This document shows, piece by piece, positions 52,656-64,000 of a stretch of DNA of 64,000 nt. Position 1 is the first letter of the stretch, and the number at the start of each line of letters is the position of its first letter. A program made the translations under genes and the position numbers. Origin of the DNA: Octopus sinensis. Lineage: Eukaryota. The stretch covers positions 34,782,001 to 34,846,000 of the forward strand of contig NC_043007.1 in the NCBI RefSeq assembly GCF_006345805.1, read 5' to 3'. Under the pieces are notes generated by a model. It worked only from the letters and a program-made list of their open reading frames with translations, was not told the DNA's origin and made no database searches.

Positions 52656-53319
52656 AAATATATATAGACACTTACATATATCTGCTCACTTGCTTCACAC
52701 CCACTTACCACATTTGTCCCCTAAGTCACCCCTAAAACCAAACAATCAGACCTCTTTTCTATCATTTGCTGAGTCTGTAGGCAGGGGTAGAGCCCATGAT
52801 CCTTGCACCCACTCTGAGACTGGTGAGATTGATAGCATTAATATTCCATTTAAACGTCTGCAAGGAATTTTCCAATAGTTCTAATATTCTTTGAAGAAAG
52901 GACTAGGCACAGCTGTTAGAGCAGGCTTTGAATGCAAAAGGACCTTGGAAGGGAATGAAGACCATCTCATCTGACCCTGCCTTTTCTTTTCGAAACAATT
53001 GCAGAAGCTACCTTATCAATAGCTAGAAATTTGACATTTACAAAAACGTAAAATACTCTGACTTATGGTCAGAGAAGCTGCATGGTCAACCTCATAAATA
53101 ACTGTTGCATTTTTTTAATGATAAAGATAAAATCGTGTGTGTGTGTGTGTATGCATGTGTGTGTGTGTGTGTATGCGTGTGCATGTGTGTGTGTGTGTGT
53201 GTGTGTTGTGTGTGTGTGTGTGTGTGTGTATGTGTGTGTGTGCATTATTGATGCTGGGAAATCGGCCCTATGAGTCATGGATCACAACTGACAGACTTTT
53301 GATCTTTCTTTAGTGTGTA

Positions 53320-53374
<55 letters not shown>

Positions 53375-54127
53375 AGCATCCTTGTTACTTATTTGCTTTT
53401 TTTTCACCTAACTTTGAGCTGTGCGGACAATACTAGACTGACTTGGTGCCTCAACTTAAGTACCCAATTCAACTGAATTTTAATTATTTCTTATATATAT
53501 ATATATAAATAACAAATGAAGAACAGGTGTCAATCCATTAAAGCCATTTCTAATGACTCCTTTAATTAATTAATGAGTACATTATATCAATTCCAAAGAA
53601 ACCGTTTTCCTCAGATGGATACTTTACAATGAAGGTCATTCCAAATAATTTAACATAGATTAAAAATTTTCTTATCCTCGAGTCAATATTTCCTACGTTC
53701 TGTTGCTATTTCAGTTGACAGAATGAATTTATCAAAAGGAATTTTATTGAGGTTAGTAGTGTATTTTTATGAGGTGAAGGAATGAGTGACCTCCAGTGAC
53801 CCAATTATTCTTCCCACTACATTTATCTGTGATATCTATAAAGAAAATTTTTATTGTTTACTGGTAAATGGTTATGGAATGATTTGTGGTCAGCTGTATC
53901 TATGAAGTTATCAAGGTTATTTAAGATAGGGGAAGTGAAGTAGGGAAAGGATAAGATAAAATAAGAACATATAAAGTAAAATAAACAAAGAAGAAAGCCC
54001 ACCCAACCCTTACTAATTACCGCAGTACTAAGAGAGAAAAAGTAAACTATAAACGAATTAAAGGCTATGGGGGCAAAGATTTCAATCAGGACTTTGGGAA
54101 TCATTGAAAGTGTTTAGAGGCTTACTA

Positions 54128-54693
54128 TTGGGTTGTCCGGAAAGTTCATGCCGATTTTTAAAGGAAAGAAAAAGGGCAATAAATACTTGCCATTATATTT
54201 TTAATCAACCAAATATGAACCATTTTGTTGCACAATGCATCTCCATCTTTCCTTTTACTTGAAAATACCCTCTTCCCAGAATTGAGGTGGTTTCATGGCA
54301 AAGTATTCATCAAGGTATCTTTTTACGTCATCCAAGGAATTGAAATTTTTACCATTAAGACTATTCTGCAAAGACCTGAATAAGTGGAAATCCGAAGGAG
54401 CAATATCTGGTGAATATGGAGAGTGGGGTAACACATCCCAGCCGAGCTGCAGCAATTTCTGTCTGGTTCCCAAAGCATCAAGTGCCGAAAATGAACTTTC
54501 TTGTCTTCCATTTTAAAGGGCTACAGAATTAACACAGGTTATAGGAACATAAACCTTCTTCCACGAAAAGATAGCTTAAACTGTGGTCTAAATGGAGGTG
54601 TAGTCAAATCCTATTTTATGGACTCAACCATGTTGTAAAATAAGTCGAAAGGTAAGCTACTATAAATCGGCACAAACTTTCTGGACAACCCGA
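54128..54693 (-). mobile_element. Non-autonomous mariner deletion derivative, copy 2
   Basis: TA-ttgggttgtccggaaagtt ... aactttctggacaacccga-TA. Encodes LGWDVLPHSPYSPDIAPSDFHLFRSLQNSL (mariner YSPDLAP motif). Confidence 0.92.
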
Positions 54694-55514
54694 TATAAAC
54701 ATAGCAGAGCTTTAATATTATAGCGATAAGAAAAATTAAATATAAGGTAAAAAATTATAAAGAAAGATAAAGTATATAAAAAATATGATAAAATTTATAA
54801 AGGAGTTATCAATAAAATTAAGAGTCAAGATAAAAATAAAAATAAAATTAAATATGAAGATAAAATTTTGTATACAGATGCGTGGCTGTGTGGTAAGTAG
54901 CTTGCTTACCAGCCACATGGTTCCAGGTTCAGTTTCACTGCATGGCACCTTGGGCAAGTGTCTTCTACTATAGCCTCGTGGATTTGGTAGACGGAAACTG
55001 AAAGAAACCTGTCACATATATATATGTGTGTGTGCGTATATGTTTGTATGTGTGTGTTTGTCCCCCCCAACGTTGCTTGACAACCGATGCTGGTGTGTTT
55101 ATGTCCCCATAACTTAGCGGTTCAGCAAAAGAGACTGATATAATAGGTACTAGGCTTACAAAGAATAATAGTGGTACCCCAGCATGGACGCAGTCAAAAT
55201 GACTGAAACAAGTAAAAGAGTAAAAGAATAAGAATATATGCATGCTTATACAAAGAGCTTCTAAGTGTGTGCATGTTTGTGTGTGTGAAGATATATATAT
55301 ATATATTATATATATATATATGGAGAGAATTCACAAAAAAACACAAGACGAAGGCAGGTGGTGTAGACAACAAACAGATGTATTAGTTTAATGCTTGGGA
55401 AGTGAAAAAGTCTTTAATGTTTCGAGCCTATGCTCTTCCACAGAAAGGAACACAGAAATAAACAAGGAGAGAAAATAAAGAATGTGTAGTGGTTAGCGAT
55501 CTATGTATGTATGT

Positions 55515-56070
55515 ATGTCTCAGACACATTCTCAATGTTGGCTGGACCTCAAAAATTCCAGACACTCAGATCCTGAGGACAGCTGATATCTTGAGTATTG
55601 AGGCGATGGTACAGTATTGGACTGGACACCTTATTAGAATGAAGGATAGAAGGATTCCTAAGCAGATGCTCTATGGAGAACTTGTGAATGGAAGGAGACT
55701 CCGGCAGAAACCAAGGCTGCGATTTAAGGACTGTGTCTAGTCCTCGTTAAAGGCCTTTGATATTCAGGACACTGACTGGGAGAAGAACAATGCCTGTCAT
55801 CGCCACAGATGGAGGAAGCAGGTTAAGGAGGGGATCGACACTTTTGAGAGAGCCCATATCCAGCATGAAGAACTTAAGTGAGCTGCGCGAAAGCGCACGG
55901 CTCGTATAGTGAATGGGGAAAGCTTGGTCTGCAATGTTTGCAGTCGTGTATGCTTGTCAAGAGCACCAATGGAGCCGCAAATGCAAAATATAAGTTGGTC
56001 CTAGAGCTCACAATGTTCCTGAAGGTCGGCAATGGTCTTCCTCGGTCACGAGTGGACGGCCATCATTATG
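55515..56070 (+). mobile_element. RTE-BovB-like LINE 3' fragment
   Basis: CLRHILNVGW...WTGHLIRMKDRRIPKQMLYGELVNG...RFKDCV and a terminal CNVCSRVC; flanked by (TATG)n. Confidence 0.8.
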
Positions 56071-57835
56071 TATGTATGTATGTATGTATGTATGTATGTA
56101 TGTATTATGTGTTTATGTATGCATGTATGTATGCAACAAGAAGACGAAATAAAGAAGCTTTAATTACAAATTACAACATTTGTTTCTGTGCAGTGGTAAC
56201 AGCTGCAAGTTGCTGGGTTTTCAGTTCCTTACCATTACATAAAAATCATTTTATAAATAATCACATTGATGAATATAATCCAACAACACAGCTGTGTGCA
56301 ACAGCACTTCCTCGGGTACATTGCTTTTACAGCATCTGTGTGTGTGTGTGTGGATAGGTAGATAGATAGACAGATAGATAGATACATACATACATACATA
56401 GATAAATAGCTAGATAAACAGATTAGATATGTTTCTTTATTAGCCACACAGGGCTGAACACAAACAGGACAAATTATTAAGTAGAGCTTTTCTTTTTTGG
56501 GGGAAAAAAAAAGTGTGGTAGGTTTTCAATCAAAAGGGATCGTAAAAGGGAAAAAAGGGATTGTGTATCACAGAAATGTCATGATGCAAAGTGTAAAGGG
56601 GGAAGCAGATAAGGTTTATCCATGAAAATAAAAGCCTATGGAAAAGACACAGTAACCTCGAGATAGATAGATAGATAGATACATAGATAGGTACATACAT
56701 ACATACATACATACATACATAGACGGACAGACAGACGTAAATTGAGGTATTGGTGGTATTGACCTACCAGTTAAACTCTAGAAGCTATGCTTCCATTGGA
56801 TTTTAAGTCTACTAATACTCATATTAGTTGCAACACCTGACAGAAGTGTCCGCACTTTTGCCAGGATTTGAAATTGAAATACTCAGAGGTGTGGAACAGA
56901 TACTGCAAGATATCTTGTTCAATGCTCAAACATATCAACCAACTCAGTGTCCCCCTGGACTGGTTCCTATGTTTTTTTTAATCAGTCTTGTAAAGATGAA
57001 TGACAAAGTTACCCTCAGCAAGATTTGAAACAGATCCTGTGAGGTATTCTGTCCAGAATTCTAACAACACTGCCAATGTCCTTCCTTTACATATATATAT
57101 AATCATCATTACCACCACCATTATCATCAACATCATTGCCATCATCATCATCATCATTGTAAACATCATCACCACCACCGCCATCATCATGTTGACATCT
57201 ACTTTTCCATGCTTGCATGGGTTAGAGAAAACATTCTTTTAAAGCACATTTTCTACAATTGGATGCCTTTCCTGTTGCCAACCCAAATTTGTTTTTCTTT
57301 TCTCAAGTAAGATATATTTTCCCCATGATCACACAGGAACAATCATTGTCTCATTCTTGCACAGTCTCTTCAGCTCTCTGGCTAGATCCTGATGTATTGC
57401 ATCATAATCATCATCATCATCATCATCATCGTTTAACGTCCGCTTTCCATGCTAGCATGGGTTGGACGATTTGATTGAGGTCTGGTGAACCAGATGGCTG
57501 CACTAGACTCCAATCTGATCTGGCAGAGTTTCTACAGCTTGATGCCCTTCCTAACGCCAACCACTCCCAGAGTGTAGAGGGCCAGTCAGGCAGTACTGGC
57601 AACGGGCCATGCTCAAGTAGTGCTTTTTATGTGCCACCTGAACAGGAGCCAGTCCAGTGACACTGGCAATGGCCTTGCTCAAATGTTTTTTCACCTGCCA
57701 CCAGCACAAGTGCCAATAAGGCAACGCAGGTAGCAGGTAATGATCACGCTCGAATGGTGCTTTTTACATGCCACTGGCACGGAGGCCAGCTTGTTGCTCT
57801 GGCAACAATCTCACTCATATGGTACTCTTAGCGCT

Positions 57836-57866
<31 letters not shown>

Positions 57867-58092
57867 TTCTTTACTACCCACAAGGGGCTAAACACAGAGG
57901 AGACAAACAAGGACAGACAAAGGGATTAAGTCAATTACATCGACCCCAGTACGTAACTGGTACTTAATTTATCGACCCCGGAAGGATGAAAGGCAAAGTC
58001 GACCTCGGCGGAATTTGAACTCAGAACGTAACGGCAGACGAAATACGGTAACGCATTTCGCCCGGCGTGCTAACGTTTCTGCCAGCTCGCCG

Positions 58093-58129
<37 letters not shown>

Positions 58130-60324
58130 GCGGATGTAGAGGGATGTCAGTTTGGTGTGAGGTTGTTAAGAGAGGTTGTTAGCAACAAGGAGACATCTGG
58201 AAAGTGGGTATGTGGAAGGGGTGGAAGAGTCGTTAATCCCCCCACCAAATATCTTATGTTGGAGCTGCTAAACTAAAATATCTGAAGATAGCAACTACTT
58301 TGATTAATTAATTACTGCTGTTAACCTCATCGCCTCCTGTTACCCTCCACTCTGCCAGCACCACCTTCCAGCACGATCTTCTGGATCTCGGAGGCGAGGG
58401 GGCAAACCAACACCTACAATAACATCCAACTCCATCGTTGTTGTTGTTGTTGTTGTGGTTGTTGTCATTGTTGTTATTGTTAACGACTTTAATTGGAAAA
58501 GCTTGGGATATCACAGCTGTTGTCAACATTATTATCACCATTGTCATTATCATCATCATCATCATCATAATCATCATCATCATCAGTTAATTATCATCAC
58601 TCTTGTCATCCTTGTTGTTAATTATCTTCAAAATAACTATTACTATCAACATTATTAATCATCTTTGTAATCAGCATTATTATCATCACCATCATCAACA
58701 TCATCATCATCATCATCATCATCGTCATCATCAGCATCATCATAGTTTCTTACTTGGAAACAAGAGTCACAGTTTTGAGAGGAGGGAGTTAGCTGATTAA
58801 ATCAGCCCCTGTACTTTAAACTAGTACTTTATTTTATTTATGCCAAAAGGATGAAAGACAAAATTGGCCTCAGTGGGATTTGAACTCAGAATGTAAAGGT
58901 TAAAGATCCCAGTGTGGCTGTGTGATTAAGTTTGTTTCCCACCCACATGGTTCTGGGTTCAGTCCCACTGCATGTTGTACCTTCCTGAGGCAAGTTTCTT
59001 TTATCATAGCCTTGGGCCAACCAAGGCCTTGTGAGTGGATTTGGTACATGGAAACTGAAAGAAGCCCACCGTGTGTGTCTTTGTGTCTGTGTTTGTCTCA
59101 CACCACCACTCGACAACTGATACAATAAGTATCAAGGTTGAAAAAAAAATAACTACAAGAGTCAATTCGTTCAACTAAAGGTCTTCAAGGTGATGCCCCA
59201 GCCTGGCCGTAGTCTAATGACTAGAACATATGTGATATAAATATTATAGGCACAGGAATGGCTGTGTGGTAAGTAGCTTGCTTACCAACCACATGGTTCC
59301 GGGTTCAGTCCCACTGTGTGGCACCTTGGGCAAGTGTCTTCTAGTATAGCCTCGGGCCAACCAAAGCCTTGTGAGTGGATTTGGTAGACGGAAACTGAAA
59401 GAAGCCTATCGTGTATATGTATATATATGTGTGTGTGTTTGTGTGTCTGTGTCTGTCCTCCCAAGATCGCTTGATAACCAATGCTGGTGTGTTTACAATC
59501 CCTGTAACTTAGTAGTTCAACAATAGAGACCAATAGAATAAGTACTAGGCTTACAAAGAATAAGTCCTGGGGTCGATTTGTTGGACTAAAGGCGGTGCCC
59601 CAGCATGGCCGCAGTCAAATGACTGAAACAAGCAAAAGAATAAAAGAGCATCACTAGACGTTTTGTCCAAAACCTTAGCGATTCTGCTAATCCACCCTCC
59701 TCCACCTCCTCATCATCATCATCATCATTATCATCATCATCATAATCAACAACATTAGACATCTGACCTCAGTGATGAATGGCAATCTGGATGTGTGAGT
59801 AGAAGCATTACCATTCAAGTATAACTTCACACACCCCTCCTGGGGCTTTTTTGAAAAAAAATGATTTTTGGTTAAACTTGTTCATTGTGGTTTCTGGAGG
59901 GAAGCACTAAGTGTTCTGGTTTCAAAAGCAACCCTCCCACTTCAACAACAGGAACAACATCAATAACGACATTTAGTATTAGACAGAGAGAGAGAGAGAT
60001 TCTTGTTTCTTTACTACCCACAGGGGGCTAAACATAGAGGGGACAAACAAGGACAGACAAAGGGATTAAGTCGATTACATCGACCCCAATGCGTAACTGG
60101 TACTTATTTAATCGACCCCGAAAGGATGAAAGGCAAAGTCGACCTCGGCGGAATTTGAACTCAGAATGTAACGGCAGACGAAATACGGCTACGCATTTCG
60201 CCCGGCTTGCTAACGTTTCTGCCAGCTCGCCGCCTGGCAGAGAGAGAGAGATTCTACATGGTCACTGGGCCTGCTAGAAACAGCAGCAACATCTCCTTCA
60301 AATAACACTTTACACATATGCACA

Positions 60325-62200
60325 CATCATCATCATCATCATCATCATCATTGGCATTTAATGTCTGCTTTCCATATTGGGGAGGGTTGTATGGTTTGAC
60401 AAGGGCTAGCAAGCCAGAAGACTGCACCAAGCTCTGTAGGCTGTCTTGGCATGGCTTCTATGTTTGGGTGCCCTTACCAACACCAGCCACTTTACAGAGT
60501 GTACTGGGTGCTTTTTTTTTTTCACTTTGTGGCACCAGCTCTAGTCAGGTCAGCCAGTTACTTGCAAGACAAGACCCCTCAACTGAGCGGGGGTAGAGAG
60601 TAGTATTGAGGGAAGTAGCTTGTGCCAGGTGATGAGAGATTAGTGAATGACTGAGGGACAGAAACAGGTATCTTGCTGTAGTGGTGATACATGGCTGCCC
60701 TTGATGAGAGGGAGAAGAGAGATAGAAGATGGTGAAGATGATGTGTTAGGGCATATTCTCAGGTTACAAGGGGAAATGTGTATACCTGAACTGGTACAGA
60801 GAACTGAAAACATTGAGTGGGCAGGTAAGTTCGTCAGAGTGAGAAAGGAAAGTGAATGAAGGACAGAGAGAGTATAATGAGTGAACACAGATGGAGGGAA
60901 GGGTGTTAGGAAGATGTGTTGTGGGGGAGGGGGAGATTTATCAGGGGCAGAGACATAAATGACATAGGACCTTAGTTTTATTTAGATGGACAGGTCTTCT
61001 CAAGCACAGCAAATTGCCGGTCATCTCTGTCATCCAACATCTGAGGATCAGTTTTCACCACTTCGCCCCACATCTTCCTGGGTTTTTTTCTTCCACATGT
61101 TCCATCCGGATTTAGTGACTGATACTTGTCATGCAGCTGTTCTCATCCAGACACATCACTCGATCATACCTGTGCAGCGTTCTCACTTGCACAATACGTA
61201 TAGTCCTCTTATATATACCCAGCTTTTCTCTCAACACGCTGTCATACATTCACACTGGCATTGCACATACAGCAAAGCATGCTAGCTTTATTTTTTTCAA
61301 GTTTTTGCATGCCTTCTATATTCACTTCCCATGTTTCACTACCATGTACACAAGCATCATTCATTCGCATCATGCAATCTGCATTTGACACAAACATCAT
61401 ATAATCTGTCTTTCACTCTTTACCAACAAAGGTAATAGCTCTCTGATCTTACCCATACACATCACATGATCATACCTGTGCAGTGTTCTCACTTGCACAA
61501 TACATATAGTCCTCTTATATATACCCAGCTTTTCTCTCAACACGCTGTCATACATTCACACTGGCATTGCACATACCGCAAAGCATGCTAGCTTTATTTT
61601 TTTCAAGTTTTTGCATGCCTTCTATATTCACTTCCCATGTTTCACTACCATGTACACAAGCATCATTCATTCGCATCATGCAATCTGCATTTGACACAAA
61701 CATCATATAATCTGCCTTTCACTCTTTACCAACAAAGGTAATAGCTCTCTGATCTTACCCATACACATCACATGATCATACCTGTGCAGTGTTCTCACTT
61801 GCACAATACATATAGTAATAGCTCTCTGATCTTATCCATACACATCACGTGATCATACCTGTGCAGTGTTCTCACTCGCACAATACATATAGTCCTCTTA
61901 TATATACCCAGCTTTTCTCTCAACACGCTGTCATACATTCACACTGGCATTGCACATACAGCAAAGCATGCTAGCTTTATTTTTTTCAAGTTTTTGCATG
62001 CCTTCTATATTCACTTCCCATGTTTCACTACCATGTACACAAGCATCATTCATTCGCATCATGCAATCTGCATTTGACACAAACATCATATAATCTGCCT
62101 TTCACTCTTTACCAACAAAGGTAATAGCTCTCTGATCTTACCCAAGCCAGCTCTTTTTCTAGCAACTATGCTTTCAGATCATCCTCCTCTACTGTTATTT
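60325..62200 (-). mobile_element. Old degenerate RTE LINE with internal 306-bp tandem duplications
   Basis: (CAT)n tail at 60325. The minus strand of 61162-62143 is homologous to 9300-9605 (catggtagtgaaacatggg etc.). Units start at 61162, 61468, 61774 (77-bp partial) and 61851. Confidence 0.75.
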
Positions 62201-62247
62201 AGGTTACCTAAGTAACAGAAACTGTATACTACCTCTAAGGATCCTAC

Positions 62248-62645
62248 TATTCAATTCAATTCAATTTTTATTGGCTCAAAAAGCAAAAGCAAGGCCATGT
62301 AGGGGGACAGGGAGTTATGTACAGAGATGGTGGTCATACAAAGAGTTCAGGCCATTTCTGGTCAAGAGAGACTTTGAACCGAGCGGTCGTCGGCATCTTC
62401 ACTATCTCGTCCGGCAGCTTATTCCACAGATCCGCAACCCAGACGGACGGAGAAAGCCCCTCTCCTTCGATTGAGATGAAATTGTCGTAGATAGAGCTTT
62501 TCGGAGTGACTCCGCAGCCTACGCTCTGGAGCAGGAGTGAAGAACAGCTCTTTCGAGAGGTTACACTTTCCGCTTATGATGTTGTGAGCGAGAATGAGAT
62601 CACCACGGCGTCGGCGTTTTTCGAGAGAATTCATTTGAGGAAATC
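62248..62645 (-). mobile_element. CR1-type LINE 3' fragment
   Basis: SLEKRRRRGDLILAHNII...RRRGAFSVR...FKVSLDQKWPELFV with a (TTGAA)n tail. Confidence 0.8.
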
Positions 62646-63454
62646 TATTTCCCACGTGTTCTTAGAGTTTGTAGATCCTGCAGGTCTACCATAACAAAGA
62701 CTACATTCTTGTTAACCTTTCTGTGATTCCACTGCACCTCTTATGTATCTATAGCTTGCAGTACGTACACGATATGAAATTTCTCTTTGTACCTACATCT
62801 TTTCCAAATATTGAGCAGATTAACCCTTTAGTGCTCAGATTAATCTGTCAAATGTAATGCTTATTTGTTCACATTATTTTGACTTATTCAGGTTCAAGAG
62901 GGGTGTCCACAATATTTACTTGTAACTCGGTAAACGTTTTACATACAGATTGTAAATTTTGTCAGTGGATGCTTATATACCAGTGGTTTATAGTTATATA
63001 ATTTTAGTTGATCTTTCTGATTAAATTTGAATTTTTATGGGCTTGTAAATTTAATTAACAGGTGTAAAAGCAATAACATTATGGATAAACACTAAAATTG
63101 AAATTCTTAATGCATCTTACCTGTTTGATTTATTATTGAAACTAACACAGATGTCAAGCACCAACAATTTTGCCACTTTTCAAAATGAGGTACATTAATT
63201 TGAATTAATTAAAATACAGGTATAATCGGTACAAGATTTTTTCTTTCTCTATATTTCATTCAAACATTTTCATTGAAAATAAAGTAAAAAACTCTTTTAC
63301 TAGTCAATATACCATTGGCTATGTACTCTTATACAATTTGATAAATACATTTATATAACAGAATGCATCTAATAAAAAGCTCATTAATAGGTGTGACAAA
63401 GATGAATACAGGTGTGCAACATATTGAAACTTAATATGTATTTCTCACTTTCAC

Positions 63455-64000
63455 ATATATATAAACGGCAAAATGTCTGTGTGTGTGTCCTTTATACAAA
63501 TACACAATTTTTCAGTTAGAGGGCTTGCACTTTCTATGGTCATTCAAAACCGTCCAAGGGTGGTCATGCACATCTTTACATTTCCCCAGTCACCCAACAA
63601 AGCCATTAAAAAATCAATAGAAGTGACTTTTTTGTGAATTTTCTTTCCAAAACCCAATCAAAATGCCTGAAATTTGATACGCCAATTGAATGCCAGCTAG
63701 CTGTATGTGATTAGTCGGAGATTTGGACAGTACTCGCATGTATGTGAGCATGCCCGCAGCTGTATATGCATGCACTAGCACTATGACCAGGTGTTGCCAG
63801 GTCATAATGCTAGTTTGTAATAAAATGAAAGGAATATATAATAGTATTACTATCAAACAAAATATAATTATGCCATATTTCTATCATGAAACTGTCCAAA
63901 GCACCCTTTACACAAGAGCACTTTGTAAAATGAAAACATATATGAGGTCTTGACCTGATATCCTTTCACAGTTTTTTGAGGTTTTTTTTGCAGCGAACAC
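63455..64000 (+). mobile_element. Possible Helitron-like non-autonomous element, running off the window end
   Basis: The 5' end tatatataaacggcaaaatgtctgtgtgtgtg resembles the 5' end style of the 10442-10828 element. The 3' end is not visible. Confidence 0.35.

Overview
AT-rich eukaryotic genomic DNA dominated by microsatellites, tRNA-derived SINEs, 5'-truncated LINEs (RTE, CR1, Tx1-like), mariner/pogo/piggyBac/hAT MITEs and Helitron-like elements. The repeat landscape strongly suggests an octopus (cephalopod) genome, which is an inference. Almost all listed ORFs are repeat noise. The clear host coding signal is a + strand gene with very long introns. It has a candidate 39-nt exon (962-1000) and two symmetric phase-0 exons (39148-39591, 50585-51181). 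Each of the two encodes one copy of the same unannotated ~117-aa domain: 66/117 identical by hand alignment, no gaps, splice donor at the same position. Other notable structures are a 17-unit SINE concatemer bounded by a single 14-bp target-site duplication, a PHD-type finger inserted in RTE ORF2, a modular hairpin repeat in the RTE 3' UTR, several foldback palindromes and degenerate hammerhead-like motifs. No CRISPR, rRNA or true tRNA gene was found. Repeat boundaries are hand-read and approximate unless TSDs or TIRs are quoted.
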